Assembly: GCA_965243025.1 (NCBI GenBank) | Contig: CBDETY010000003.1 | Span: 5,088,001 to 5,152,000 of the forward strand | Source of the DNA: Candidatus Latescibacterota bacterium | GTDB taxonomy: Bacteria; Latescibacterota; UBA2968; UBA8231 | Reading direction: 5' to 3' | DNA: 64,000 bases | Shown: positions 39,760-50,190 of the stretch, piece by piece | How the letters are laid out: the number at the start of each line of letters is the position of its first letter | Position numbering within the stretch: the stretch's first letter is position 1 | The notes under the pieces: generated by a model | The model's database searches: none | What the model was told of the DNA's origin: nothing | The model's input: only the letters and a program-made list of their open reading frames with translations | Made by a program: the position numbers and the translations under genes

Positions 39760-39779
39760 ACGGTTTCGAGGTGGTGTTG

Positions 39780-39807
39780 TTGACCCCTGATGCGGCGTCG
39801 GTATCTT
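39780..39807 (+). promoter_or_regulatory. putative sigma70 promoter for hpf-pnt
   Basis: TTGACC-N16-TATCTT. Confidence 0.45.
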
Positions 39808-39856
39808 TGAAATTTTCGACTGCGGGCGCCGCGCGGCCATCTGCAAAGGAGACAGG

Positions 39857-40156
39857 ATGCCAGTCAGAATCACCGCCAAGCACACTACAGTTTCGGACTC
39901 CACGAAACAGCATATCGAAAAGGTTTGTGCCAAGCTCGACCAGTACTTCGACCGCATCGTCGACTGCGAGGTGGTGCTGGAGAGGCGCGCCAGGCATGGC
40001 ACGGCGGTCGAAATCATCGTCAAGGTTCCCCAGCAGAAGCTCGTAGGCAGGGGCGAATCGGACGACGACAACCTGTTCAAGTCGATCGGCGCCGCCTCCG
40101 ATCACGTCAGCTCCCAGTTGAAGAAGTACCGCGACAAGCTCGGCGCCCACCGCTGA
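39857..40156 (+). CDS. hpf: ribosome hibernation promoting factor / RaiA (short form)
   Basis: 99 aa with the S30EA pattern MPVRITAKH...KLDQYFDRIVDCEVVL...NLFKSI...QLKKYRDK. Confidence 0.88.
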   Translation: MPVRITAKHTTVSDSTKQHIEKVCAKLDQYFDRIVDCEVVLERRARHGTAVEIIVKVPQQKLVGRGESDDDNLFKSIGAASDHVSSQLKKYRDKLGAHR

Positions 40157-40203
40157 TCGCTTCGCCTGAAGAAACCCCCACCAAGAGCTTCGAGAGAGCC
40201 CCC

Positions 40204-41415
40204 TTGCTGACCGCCGGCGTTCCCGCGGAGACCTTTCCGGGTGAGCGGCGCGTCGCGCTGACCCCCGAATCGGTATCCCGCCTCGGCGAACGGGTGCGGG
40301 TGGCAGTCGAGTCCAACGCCGGGGCGGGGGCCGGCTTTTCCGACGAGGAGTTCGCCGCCGCCGGCGCCGGGATCGCCGCTTCGCGGAGCGACCTGTTCGC
40401 CCGCGCCGATGTCATCCTCCAGGTCAGGACCCACGGCGCCAATCCCGGCGGCGGCGACCTCGAGCTGCTCCGGCGCGGCCAGGCGGTGCTCGGATTCGCC
40501 GAGCCCCTTGAGGCGCACGGCGCGATCGAAGCGGTTGCCGCGGCCGGCGTCTCCCTTTTCGCCGTAGAGCTGATGCCGCGCACGACGCGGGCGCAGAGCA
40601 TGGACGCGCTGTCGTCGATGGCGACCATCGCCGGGTACAAGGCGGTGCTGCTCGCCGCCGCGGAGCTGCCGCGGATGTTTCCCCTTATGATGACGGCGGC
40701 CGGCACGGTGAGGCCGGCGCGGGTTCTCGTGATCGGGGCCGGGGTGGCGGGACTGCAGGCGCTGGCGACGGCGAAACGGCTCGGGGCGGTGGTCATGGGG
40801 TACGACGTGCGCCCGGCGGTGCACGAGCAGGTCGAGAGCCTGGGGGCGGAGTTCGTCGAGCTCGACCTCGAAGCCGAGGACGCCGAGGGAGCCGGCGGCT
40901 ACGCCAGGGCGCAGGACGTCGGTTTCTACCGGCGCCAGCAGGAAGCCCTGGGCGAGGTCGTCGCCGGCTGCAACGCCGTCATCACCACCGCCGCGGTGCC
41001 GGGCAGCAGGGCCCCGGTCCTGATTCGGCGGCAGGCGGTCGAAGCGATGGCGCCGCACTCCGTAATCGTCGACCTCGCGGCCGAACGGGGGGGCAACTGC
41101 GAGCTGACGCGGGCGGGCGAAACCGTCGACCACGGCGGCGTCCGCATCCTCGGACCCGCCAACCTGCCGGCCACCGTGCCCTACCACGCCAGCCAGATGT
41201 ACAGCGGCAACCTCGCGGCTTTCCTCACCCACCTGCTCGACGAGGAGGGCCGGCTGCAACTCGACCCGGCCGACGGGATCGCCGCGGCAACCCTGGTCAC
41301 CAGCGGCGGCCGTATCGTCAGCGGCCGCGTCCTCGAAGCGATGGGCCGGACCCCCGCCGGGCAACCCGGAGCAACGGCTCCGGCGGCGCCCGTCTCCGCG
41401 AAAGGCGACGGATAA
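40204..41415 (+). CDS. pntAa: NAD(P) transhydrogenase subunit alpha part 1
   Basis: ERRVALTP, RAQSMDALSSM, GAGVAGLQA, GAGGYAR and DLAAERGGNCE motifs; probable TTG start at 40204. Confidence 0.93.
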   Translation: MLTAGVPAETFPGERRVALTPESVSRLGERVRVAVESNAGAGAGFSDEEFAAAGAGIAASRSDLFARADVILQVRTHGANPGGGDLELLRRGQAVLGFAEPLEAHGAIEAVAAAGVSLFAVELMPRTTRAQSMDALSSMATIAGYKAVLLAAAELPRMFPLMMTAAGTVRPARVLVIGAGVAGLQALATAKRLGAVVMGYDVRPAVHEQVESLGAEFVELDLEAEDAEGAGGYARAQDVGFYRRQQEALGEVVAGCNAVITTAAVPGSRAPVLIRRQAVEAMAPHSVIVDLAAERGGNCELTRAGETVDHGGVRILGPANLPATVPYHASQMYSGNLAAFLTHLLDEEGRLQLDPADGIAAATLVTSGGRIVSGRVLEAMGRTPAGQPGATAPAAPVSAKGDG

Positions 41416-41424
41416 AGGAAGAAA

Positions 41425-41706
41425 ATGGAATCCCTGGTTGCGGCCTTTACCGTGTTCGTCCTCGCAGTGTTCGTCGGCTTCGAGATCATCACCAAGATCC
41501 CCCCGACCCTGCACACGCCGCTGATGTCGGGGTCGAACGCCATCTCGGGGATAACCCTGATCGGGGCCCTGCTCTCGGCGGGGTCGCAGCGGACCGAGCT
41601 GGCCGTCTGGCTGGGGCTGGCCGCGGTGGTCCTGGCGACGGTCAACGTCGTCGGCGGCTTCCTGGTGACCCACCGCATGCTCGGCATGTTCAAGCGCCGC
41701 TCGTGA
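41425..41706 (+). CDS. pntAb: NAD(P) transhydrogenase subunit alpha part 2
   Basis: LHTPLMSGSNAISG and NVVGGFLVTHRMLGMF motifs. Confidence 0.95.
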   Translation: MESLVAAFTVFVLAVFVGFEIITKIPPTLHTPLMSGSNAISGITLIGALLSAGSQRTELAVWLGLAAVVLATVNVVGGFLVTHRMLGMFKRRS

Positions 41707-41712
41707 CAGCGC

Positions 41713-43110
41713 ATGGGTCCTGACATCCTCATCGACGCCGCCTACCTCGCCGCCGCGGCGCTCTTCATCCTCGGCCTCAAGGGGCTCACCCACCCGCGCA
41801 CCGCGGTGCGCGGCAACCTGCTGGGGGCCTGCGGCATGCTGCTGGCGGTGGTGGCGACGCTGCTGAGCCGGCAGATCCTCAGCTTCGAGCTGATCCTCGC
41901 CGGGGTCGTCGCCGGCGCCCTGGTCGGGGCTGTGCTCGCGGTCAGGATCGAGATGACGGCGATGCCGCAGCTGGTGGCCCTTTTCAACGGCTTCGGGGGC
42001 GCCGCCTCGGTGCTGGTCGCCGGCGCCGCCCTCGCCGAGAGCAGCCTTTCGGAAGCGGCACCGGCGGCGCAGTTCACGGTCGCCACGGCGGCGTCCGGAC
42101 TGATCGGGGCGGTGACTTTCTGGGGCAGCGTCGTCGCCTTCGCCAAGCTGCAGGAGCTGATGTCGGGCAACCCGCTGCTGTTTCCGGGGCGGCAGCTCCT
42201 GAACGGCCTTCTGGCAGCGGCGTCGCTGGCGGCGGCGGCCTGGGTCGTAGCCGAGCCGTCGTCGCCGCAGGCCTACTGGGTGCTGGCGGCCGTCGCCAGC
42301 CTGTTGGGAGCGGCGGTCGTCGTCGCCATCGGGGGCGCCGACATGCCGGTGGTAATCGCCTTTCTCAACTCCTGCTCGGGACTCGCCGCGGCGGCGACCG
42401 GCTTCGTGCTGCAGAACAACATCCTCATCATCGCCGGGTCGCTGGTCGGCGCCTCGGGGGTGATCCTGACGCAGATCATGTGCCGCGCCATGAACCGCTC
42501 GCTGGGGAACGTCTTCTTCGGGGGGGTCGGGGCCGGGGCCGCGGTCGCTGGCGGGGACGACGAGATCTACGAGGGCAGGGTGAAGTCGACGTCGGCCGCG
42601 GAGGTGGCGATGCTTTTCGACACGGCGCGGCGGGTGGTGGTGGTGCCGGGCTACGGCATGGCGGTCGCCCAGGCCCAGTACGCGGTGCGCGATCTCGCCG
42701 GCCTGCTGGAGGAGCGGGGCATCGAGGTCGAGTACGCCATCCACCCGGTGGCCGGGCGCATGCCGGGCCACATGAACGTTCTCCTGGCCGAGGCCGAGGT
42801 GCCCTACGAGCAGCTCAAGGAGATGGAGCTCGTAAACCCCGGCTTCGAGCAGACCGACGTCGTGCTGGTGATCGGGGCCAACGACGTCGTCAATCCGCTC
42901 GCCCGGGAGGAGGACTCGGGACCGATCGCCGGCATGCCGATCCTCGACGTCGACAAGGCGCGCACGGTGGTTGTGATCAAGCGCTCCCTGAGCCCGGGCT
43001 TCGCCGGCATCGCCAACCCCCTGTTCGCGGCCGACAACACGCTGATGTACTTCGGCAGCGCCAGGGAGGCGGTGGTCGACCTGGTCAACGCGGTGAAGGA
43101 AGCGGACTAG
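41713..43110 (+). CDS. pntB: NAD(P) transhydrogenase subunit beta
   Basis: MPQLVALFNGFGG, GGADMPVVI, PGYGMAVAQAQ, HPVAGRMPGHMNVLLAEA and GANDVVNP motifs. Confidence 0.96.
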   Translation: MGPDILIDAAYLAAAALFILGLKGLTHPRTAVRGNLLGACGMLLAVVATLLSRQILSFELILAGVVAGALVGAVLAVRIEMTAMPQLVALFNGFGGAASVLVAGAALAESSLSEAAPAAQFTVATAASGLIGAVTFWGSVVAFAKLQELMSGNPLLFPGRQLLNGLLAAASLAAAAWVVAEPSSPQAYWVLAAVASLLGAAVVVAIGGADMPVVIAFLNSCSGLAAAATGFVLQNNILIIAGSLVGASGVILTQIMCRAMNRSLGNVFFGGVGAGAAVAGGDDEIYEGRVKSTSAAEVAMLFDTARRVVVVPGYGMAVAQAQYAVRDLAGLLEERGIEVEYAIHPVAGRMPGHMNVLLAEAEVPYEQLKEMELVNPGFEQTDVVLVIGANDVVNPLAREEDSGPIAGMPILDVDKARTVVVIKRSLSPGFAGIANPLFAADNTLMYFGSAREAVVDLVNAVKEAD

Positions 43111-43274
43111 TGCCCCGTCGCAGAAATATCTCGACATTGGGATGCCGATCCATCCCGGCTCACGGCGTTGCCTTCGCTCGCCGTACACCCTCGGTACGAC
43201 TCGCTCAGGCGCCTTGTGAGCCGGGCGCCTCGGCATCCCAATTTTGTCAATCTATCTCTGCGAAGGGACACTAG
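43107..43274. mobile_element. 168-bp palindromic MITE-like element bounded by CTAG
   Basis: Terminal inverted repeats CTAGTGCCCCGTCGCAGAAATA and (reverse complement) CTAGTGTCCCTTCGCAGAGATA, 19/22 identical. Nested perfect IRs TTGGGATGCCGA (43137-43148/43230-43241) and CCCGGCTCAC. No ORF. Confidence 0.7.
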
Positions 43275-43340
43275 GACTGCGCGGCACCGCCTGAGGACTG
43301 CCCCCCGGGGCGGTGCCCGACCGACCGGCCCGGGGCCGGA

Positions 43341-44249
43341 TCAGCCTAGGCAGAACGGACTGTTCCCTTCGATTGTCTGCCGTATGCGGTCCACCTCTTC
43401 GGTCGGATCACCCTCGGCGTTCAGTTCCATTCTCAGAGAATCGAGGTAGTGGTACATCTCCCAGAATCTGAGCTCTTCGATACCGTCCGCATCAAGTCCG
43501 CCAAATCCACGGATGAGAGCATCTCTCTGGTTGGATCTTCCTGTTCCGATGGACCACCCGTCGTGAGATGCCAGCAGCATGTAGAGGTCTTCAAAGGGTG
43601 AGGACAGATGCAGGTACCCGCAGTCGATGACACAGATCTCCCCGGTCGGATCGGCCATGATGTTGTAAGTGGTGAAGGCACCGTGTACCAGTTGCCTCCG
43701 TGTCGGCCTCCTGAGACCCTCGAAGTACCGTTCCACTCTTTCCGATAGATGTCCGTCGTACTCCCGGATCGGCGCAAAATCCTGGCCACCACCTTCCGCG
43801 GTCCGCCCCTTGTCGAGTTCGTCCTTTGCAACGCCCTCCTGGAACCGGGTATGGAACCTGTCGTTCAGTTCCTTTATGAACCCCCCTGCGGCTTCGCAGG
43901 CGCGAAGCGCGGCCTGGGAATCTTCCGCGCACAACCCGTCGAGTGTCTGGTCTGAAAACTTCCTCATGATGGTGAACGGCAGTTCCGAACCTGGATAATC
44001 CGAGTCCGTGAACTCGATTTCCGGAACGGAAAGGCCCGCCCCTTTCATCAGCGGGTACAGGTAGCACTCAGCAGCCAGGGTCCACTCGTTGTTCCTGCCG
44101 AGTTTGATCACTCTGTCCTCCGGTTCTCCTCCAAAGGAGAGAACGGCCACGTAACTTTCGTGGGAACAGCATTCCTGGACGGTGGGAATTTTTGAGAAAA
44201 AGCGCTGCCCGATGCGTTTTGCAAGGGCCTCGAAGTCACTCTCTTTCAT
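43341..44249 (-). CDS. aminoglycoside phosphotransferase/choline kinase-fold protein with HGA in place of the catalytic HGD
   Basis: RVIKLG, GLSVPEI, LVHGAFTTYNIM, VIDCG and PFEDL motifs; ATG at 44249 with a GAGGTG RBS; visibly lower GC than the flanks. Confidence 0.7.
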   Translation of the reverse strand: MKESDFEALAKRIGQRFFSKIPTVQECCSHESYVAVLSFGGEPEDRVIKLGRNNEWTLAAECYLYPLMKGAGLSVPEIEFTDSDYPGSELPFTIMRKFSDQTLDGLCAEDSQAALRACEAAGGFIKELNDRFHTRFQEGVAKDELDKGRTAEGGGQDFAPIREYDGHLSERVERYFEGLRRPTRRQLVHGAFTTYNIMADPTGEICVIDCGYLHLSSPFEDLYMLLASHDGWSIGTGRSNQRDALIRGFGGLDADGIEELRFWEMYHYLDSLRMELNAEGDPTEEVDRIRQTIEGNSPFCLG

Positions 44250-44459
44250 TTGGCACCTCTTTCCAGGGACTGAATCTGCGGAACACATCGTTCCCGGGCC
44301 CGGACAACCTGCCCGAAGTGGGGGCCGGAAAGCCTGAGCGGTGGGAACTCGAACCGGGGTTGGTGGGATGAATGCCTGGAATCACGGGCATCCGGGTCTG
44401 TCGGGTGCGCCCGAAGCCACCGGGACTACCCGCCAGATCCCCTCCTGAAAGAACAGGAC

Positions 44460-45035
44460 TCACCCGACGAAGATCGCCTCGTCGGGCCAGTCGTCGTCGA
44501 GCACGGCGGCGCCCATGTTGACCATCGGCAGGTAGTTGTGCTCGCGGCGGATGGTGCCGAGCAGGCGGATGGTGCGCAGCTCGTCGATCGAGTCCCTGCC
44601 GTGGTTCTTCTGCAGCGAGGGGATGATCTTCCCCTGCAGGCTGTCGGCGACGTCGCTGTCCGATTCTCCTTCGACGATCATCACCAGCGCCACCTGGCCG
44701 TCGGTCTCGGCGATGAAGCTGTCCCGTATCAGCTCGCTGAAGACGTTGGCGACGTTGGGCTCGCTGCGGATCTCCTCGACGATCTGGCTGCGGGTCACGC
44801 CGAGGGTGAACTTGATGATGATCATGTGCTGGGTGGTGTAGCGCGAGGTCCCGTTCCCCTGCATCTCCACCGCTGTGTAGTACTTCAGGATCCCTTCCTG
44901 TTCCAGACGCTGGCGTTTGCGGCTCACGGTGCGCACCGGAATCCCGGTCGTGGCGCTGATGCGGTTGTCCGAACGCCGCGGGTTGCGTATGAGGGCGCGG
45001 GCGATGGTTTGCTCCTGCTGATCGAGCTCACGCAT
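44460..45035 (-). CDS. Lrp/AsnC-family-like transcriptional regulator
   Basis: N-terminal HTH LDQQEQTIARALIRNPRRSDNRISATTGIPVRTVSRKRQRLEQEGIL; divergent from gltB. Confidence 0.75.
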   Translation of the reverse strand: MRELDQQEQTIARALIRNPRRSDNRISATTGIPVRTVSRKRQRLEQEGILKYYTAVEMQGNGTSRYTTQHMIIIKFTLGVTRSQIVEEIRSEPNVANVFSELIRDSFIAETDGQVALVMIVEGESDSDVADSLQGKIIPSLQKNHGRDSIDELRTIRLLGTIRREHNYLPMVNMGAAVLDDDWPDEAIFVG

Positions 45036-45094
45036 GGTCGAAGTCTCCCACGGTTGGATCGCCGATGGCCTGAATCGGGCAAAATATAATGCAA

Positions 45095-45200
45095 AATGTC
45101 AATAAATGGTCAAATAAATGACAAAAGGGATCCTTACTGGTCGCAAACGGTAATCAGGTGTCAATTATTGGTTTGACATGAAGGTTCGGGACACTATATT
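45095..45200. promoter_or_regulatory. divergent promoter region with gltB promoter and palindromic operator candidate
   Basis: AT-rich; TTGACA(45173)-N16-TATATT(45195); TGTCAA-N8-TTGACA palindrome at 45159-45178. Confidence 0.6.
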
Positions 45201-45235
45201 AAGCCCTTCCCCTGGACCGCATCCGGATCTCCCGA

Positions 45236-48200
45236 TTGATGAAATACCCCTTCCTGCCCTCTCCCCAGGGCCTCTATCACCCCAAGAACGAGCACGACGG
45301 GTGCGGCATCGGTTTTGTCGCGCACATCAGGGGGGCCGCGTCCCACGGCATCGTGGAGCAGGCGCTCGAGGTGCTGTGCAATCTCGACCACCGCGGCGCC
45401 CGCGGCTGCGAGGTCAACACCGGGGACGGGGCCGGCATCCTCACCCAGATACCGGACCGCTTCTTCAGGAACGAGCTGTCCGGGCAGGGGGTGGAACTGC
45501 CGGAGCGGGGCCGCTACGGCGTCGCCATGCTGTTCCTGCCGCCGGACGAAACCCGGCGCCGCGCCTGCGAGCAGCGGCTCGAGGAGATCGCCGCCGAAGA
45601 GGGGCAGGCCGTCCTGGGCTGGCGCGACGTGCCCACCGGCGAGGCGGATCTCGGCGACACGGCGCGCTCCTGCGAGCCCTGCATCCGGCAGCTGTTCATC
45701 GGCGCCGGCTCCGAACTGGCCGGGGAGCTCGACTTCGAGCGCAAGCTCTACGTCATCGGCAAGCGCGCCAGCCACGAGATCCGCCACGGCGGCCGCTGGC
45801 CCGGCAGCGAGTACTTCTACTTCCAGAGCATTTCCTGCCGCACCATCGTCTACAAGGGGATGCTGACCCCCGGCCAGGTCGAGAACTACTACACCGACCT
45901 GTCGGACCCGCTCCTCGAATCCGCCGTCGTCCTCGTCCATTCCCGCTTCAGCACCAACACCTTCCCGAGCTGGGAGCGGGCGCACCCGTACCGCTACCTG
46001 ATTCACAACGGCGAGATCAACACCCTCAGGGGCAACGAGAACTGGATGTACACGCGCCAGTCGATGCTCCGCTCGCGGCAGTTCGGAGACGACCTCGAGA
46101 AGCTCTTCCCCGTCATCGAGGAGGACGGCAGCGACTCGGCGAAGTTCGACAACTGCCTCGAGTTCCTGCACCTCGCCGGCCGCTCCCTCGGTCACGCGGT
46201 GATGATGATGATCCCCGAGCCGTGGGAGAAGCACGAGTCGATGTCCGACGAGAAGAAGGCGTTCTACGAGTACCACGCCTGCCTGATGGAGCCGTGGGAC
46301 GGTCCGGCCTCGATCGCCTTCACCGACGGCACCCAGGTCGGCGCCGTGCTCGACCGCAACGGCCTGCGCCCGTCCCGCTACTACGTCACCGCCGACGACC
46401 GCGTCATCATGGGTTCCGAGGTCGGAGTGCTCGACGTCGAGCCGGAGAACGTCCTGCACAAGGGCCGCCTGCAGCCGGGGCGGATGTTTCTCGTCGACAC
46501 GGCCGAGGGCCGCATCATCGCCGACGAGGAGCTGAAACAGCGCTGGGCCACGGAGCACCCGTACCGGCAGTGGCTCGACGAGCACCTCGTCGATTTCGAG
46601 GACCTCCCCGGGGTCGAGTACCGCGAACCCGCCCGCGAACACGAGGAGGTCCTGCGCAGGCAGCAGGTGTTCGGGTTCACCTTCGAGGACCTGCGCGTCA
46701 ACCTGATCCCGATGGCCCGCAACGCCATCTGGCCGATCGGCTCGATGGGGAACGACGCGGCGCTGGCGGTGCTGTCCGACCGGCCGCAGCCGCTGTTCAG
46801 CTACTTCAAGCAGCTGTTCGCCCAGGTCACCAACCCGCCCATCGACCCGATCAGGGAGGAGCTGGTCACCGCGACCGAGACCACCCTGGGGTCGGAGCGG
46901 AACTTCCTCGAGCCGGAGCCGGAGAGCTGCCGCCAGCTCCGCCTGAGGCGGCCGGTCCTGACCAACGCCGAGATGGCCAGGCTCAAGGGAGTCGACCGGT
47001 CCGGGATGAAGCCCTGCGAGCTGCCGATCCTGTTTCCCGCCGAGGCCGGGGAAGAGGGCATGCGGCAGGCCCTCGACGAGCTGTTCGCCGCGGCCGAGGC
47101 GGCGATCGACGGCGGCGCCACCATCCTGATTCTCTCCGACCGCGGCTTCGACGAGCGCCTGGCGCCGATACCGGCGCTGCTGGCGGTATCGGGCCTGCAC
47201 CACCACCTGATCCGCGCCGGCAAGAGGACGCGGGCCGGCCTCGCCGTCGAGTCGGGGGAGCCGCGCGAGGTCCACCACTTCTGCCTGCTGCTCGGGTACG
47301 GCGCCAACGCCATCAACCCGTACATGGTCTACGAGAGCCTCGACGACCTGATCCGCGAGGGGATGCTGACCGACCTGGGATTCGAGGAGGCGAACGACAA
47401 CTACAACAAGGCGGTGGTCAAGGGGATCGTGAAGGTGATGTCCAAGATGGGCATCTCGACCTTCAAGTCGTACCGCGGCGCGCAGATCTTCGAGGCGGTC
47501 GGCATCCGGCAGGAGGTGATCGACCGCTACTTCACCTGGACCGACTCCCGCGTCGAGGGGATCGGCCTCGACGTCATCGCCGCCGAGGCATGCATGCGCC
47601 ACGGCGCCGCCTACCCGCAGTTCGAGTCGAACGGCCGCAGCCTCGACGCCGGCGGCGAGTACCAGTGGCGCAAGGGTGGGGAGTACCACCTGTTCAACCC
47701 GCAGACCGTGCACAAGCTGCAGAAGGCGGCCCGCGAGAACGACTACGCGGTCTTCAAGGAGTACTCGGCGCTGATCGACGACCGCGCGAAGAACATGGCC
47801 ACCCTGCGCAGCCTGCTGGAGTTCAACTACGCCGGGGAGCCCCTGCCGCTCGACGAGGTGGAGCCCGTCGAGGCGATCACCCGGCGCTTCAAGAGCGGGG
47901 CGATGTCGTACGGCTCGATCAGCAAGGAGGCGCACGAGGGGCTCGCCATCGCCATGAACCGCATCGGCGGCAAGAGCAACACCGGCGAGGGGGGGGAGGA
48001 CCCGGAGCGCTACGTCCTCGACCCCAACGGCGACTCGCGCAACAGCGCCATCAAGCAGGTCGCTTCCGGCCGCTTCGGGGTGACCAGCAACTACCTCGTC
48101 CACGCCCGGGAGCTGCAGATCAAGATGGCCCAGGGGGCCAAGCCGGGAGAAGGGGGTGAGCTGCCCGGCGGCAAGGTCTACCCCTGGATTGCCAAGGTCA

Positions 48201-49840
48201 GGCAGTCGACCCCGGGAGTCGGCCTGATTTCGCCGCCGCCGCACCACGACATCTACTCGATCGAAGACCTCGCCGAGCTGATCCACGACCTCAAGAACTC
48301 GAACCGCGAGGCGCGCATCAACGTCAAGCTGGTCTCCGAGGTGGGTGTCGGCACGATCGCCGCCGGGGTCGCAAAGGGCCACGCCGACGTCGTCCTGATC
48401 AGCGGCCACGACGGCGGCACCGGGGCCTCGCCGCAGACCAGCATCAAGCACGCCGGGCTCCCGTGGGAGCTCGGCCTCGCCGACACGCACCAGACCCTCG
48501 TGCTCAACGACCTGCGCAGCCGCATCGTCGTCGAGACCGACGGCCAGCTCAAGACCGGGCGCGACGTGGCGGTCGCCGCCCTGCTGGGGGCCGAGGAGTT
48601 CGGTTTCGCGACCACCGCCCTGGTAGCCATGGGCTGCATCATGATGCGGGTCTGCCACCTCGACACCTGTCCCGTGGGGGTGGCGACCCAGAACCCGGCG
48701 CTGCGCGAGAAGTTCTCCGGCACCCCCGATCACGTGGTCAACTTCCTGCGCTTCGTCGCCCGGGAGCTGCGCGAGATCATGGCGGCCCTGGGATTCCGCA
48801 CCGTCGACGAGATGGTGGGGCGCACCGACAGGCTGACCCAGGTGCCCAGCGATCACTGGAAGGCCAGGGGCGTCGACCTGTCGAAGATCCTCCACATGCC
48901 GGAGGCGCCCGACAGCGTCGGCCGCTACTGCCAGATCGACCAGGACCACGGGCTCGAGCGCTCCCTCGACGAGGAGACGCTGCTGCGGCTGTGCGAGCCG
49001 GCGATCGCCCGCGGGGAGAAGGTCCGGGCCGAGCTGCCGGTCCGGAACATCAACCGGGTGGTCGGCAGCATCACCGGCAGCGAGCTCACCAGGCGCTACG
49101 GCCCCGACGGACTCCCGGCCGATACCATCCACCTGAAGTTCAACGGCTCCGCCGGCCAGAGCTTCGGGGCCTTCGTGCCCCCGGGCATGACCCTCGAGCT
49201 CGAGGGGGATGCAAACGACTACTTCGGCAAGGGGCTGTCGGGGGGGAAGCTGATCCTCTACCCGCCGGCAGGGTCGCCGTTCGTGCCCCGCGAGGAGATC
49301 ATCACCGGCAACGTCTCCTTCTACGGGGCGACCGCCGGAGAGGCCTACATCAACGGCATGGCGGGGGAGCGCTTCTGCGTGCGCAACAGCGGCGTGCACG
49401 CCGTCGTCGAGGCGGTGGGCGACCACGGCTGCGAGTACATGACGGGGGGCCGCGTCGTCGTCCTCGGGCCGACCGGGCGCAACTTCGCCGCCGGCATGTC
49501 GGGAGGCATCGCCTACGTGCTCGACGAGGCCGGCGACTTCGCCGACCGCTGCAATCCCGAGATGTGCGACCTCGGCCCGGTCTCCGATCCGGAGGAGCTG
49601 CGCGAGGTGCGCGAGATGGTAGAGCGGCACGCCGGGTACACCGGCAGCGTGACCGCCCGCCGCCTGCTCGAGGATTGGGAGGCCGGCGCCAGGCAGTTCG
49701 TCCGCGTCATGCCGCGCGACTACCGGCGCATGCTCGAGGCGCTGCAGGACGCCCGCGGCCGCGGCCTGACCGGGGACGACGCGGTGATGGAGGCCTTCGA
49801 GATCAACAAGGCGGACGAAGCGCGGGTGAGCGGCAACTGA
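45236..49840 (+). CDS. gltB: glutamate synthase large subunit
   Basis: [61 protein letters not shown] and GXGXG domain. Confidence 0.98.
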   Translation: MMKYPFLPSPQGLYHPKNEHDGCGIGFVAHIRGAASHGIVEQALEVLCNLDHRGARGCEVNTGDGAGILTQIPDRFFRNELSGQGVELPERGRYGVAMLFLPPDETRRRACEQRLEEIAAEEGQAVLGWRDVPTGEADLGDTARSCEPCIRQLFIGAGSELAGELDFERKLYVIGKRASHEIRHGGRWPGSEYFYFQSISCRTIVYKGMLTPGQVENYYTDLSDPLLESAVVLVHSRFSTNTFPSWERAHPYRYLIHNGEINTLRGNENWMYTRQSMLRSRQFGDDLEKLFPVIEEDGSDSAKFDNCLEFLHLAGRSLGHAVMMMIPEPWEKHESMSDEKKAFYEYHACLMEPWDGPASIAFTDGTQVGAVLDRNGLRPSRYYVTADDRVIMGSEVGVLDVEPENVLHKGRLQPGRMFLVDTAEGRIIADEELKQRWATEHPYRQWLDEHLVDFEDLPGVEYREPAREHEEVLRRQQVFGFTFEDLRVNLIPMARNAIWPIGSMGNDAALAVLSDRPQPLFSYFKQLFAQVTNPPIDPIREELVTATETTLGSERNFLEPEPESCRQLRLRRPVLTNAEMARLKGVDRSGMKPCELPILFPAEAGEEGMRQALDELFAAAEAAIDGGATILILSDRGFDERLAPIPALLAVSGLHHHLIRAGKRTRAGLAVESGEPREVHHFCLLLGYGANAINPYMVYESLDDLIREGMLTDLGFEEANDNYNKAVVKGIVKVMSKMGISTFKSYRGAQIFEAVGIRQEVIDRYFTWTDSRVEGIGLDVIAAEACMRHGAAYPQFESNGRSLDAGGEYQWRKGGEYHLFNPQTVHKLQKAARENDYAVFKEYSALIDDRAKNMATLRSLLEFNYAGEPLPLDEVEPVEAITRRFKSGAMSYGSISKEAHEGLAIAMNRIGGKSNTGEGGEDPERYVLDPNGDSRNSAIKQVASGRFGVTSNYLVHARELQIKMAQGAKPGEGGELPGGKVYPWIAKVRQSTPGVGLISPPPHHDIYSIEDLAELIHDLKNSNREARINVKLVSEVGVGTIAAGVAKGHADVVLISGHDGGTGASPQTSIKHAGLPWELGLADTHQTLVLNDLRSRIVVETDGQLKTGRDVAVAALLGAEEFGFATTALVAMGCIMMRVCHLDTCPVGVATQNPALREKFSGTPDHVVNFLRFVARELREIMAALGFRTVDEMVGRTDRLTQVPSDHWKARGVDLSKILHMPEAPDSVGRYCQIDQDHGLERSLDEETLLRLCEPAIARGEKVRAELPVRNINRVVGSITGSELTRRYGPDGLPADTIHLKFNGSAGQSFGAFVPPGMTLELEGDANDYFGKGLSGGKLILYPPAGSPFVPREEIITGNVSFYGATAGEAYINGMAGERFCVRNSGVHAVVEAVGDHGCEYMTGGRVVVLGPTGRNFAAGMSGGIAYVLDEAGDFADRCNPEMCDLGPVSDPEELREVREMVERHAGYTGSVTARRLLEDWEAGARQFVRVMPRDYRRMLEALQDARGRGLTGDDAVMEAFEINKADEARVSGN

Positions 49841-49883
49841 CGCGTGCCCGATGGAGCCGTTGGCCCTTATGCAACGCGCCGCA

Positions 49884-50190
49884 CGCGAGTCGCGAAAACT
49901 GCGTTTTCGCTCCCGTGTGGTTGGAAGCTGCTCCCGCTCGGGGAACGTCCGGGTTGTAAGCCACTCTCTGGCAGGTTGAGGTATGGGTAAGCCGACAGGG
50001 TTCATGGAGATCGACGCGCGCTCTGGCAGTACCCTCGAGCCTGCGCGTACCCAAGCGCGCGAGTCGCGAAAACTGCGTTTTCGCTCCCGTGTGGTTGGAG
50101 ACTCGCTCCCGCTCGGCGAACGTCCAGGCAGCCGGACACTCTTTGGCAGGTTGAAGTAATGGGCAAACCGACGGGATTCATGGAGATCGA
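49884..50190 (+). repeat. tandem duplication of the gltD leader plus first 10 codons (49884-50014 and 50058-50190)
   Basis: 42 identical nt containing the hairpin GCGAAAAC-TGC-GTTTTCGC, then a similar leader and ATGGG(T/C)AA(G/A)CCGAC(A/G)GG(G/A)TTCATGGAGATCGA. Confidence 0.85.

Noticed and set aside
39760-39856. raiA-motif RNA upstream of hpf/raiA
   Set aside because: The spacer is under 100 bp and is occupied by promoter and RBS elements; no matching structure was seen.
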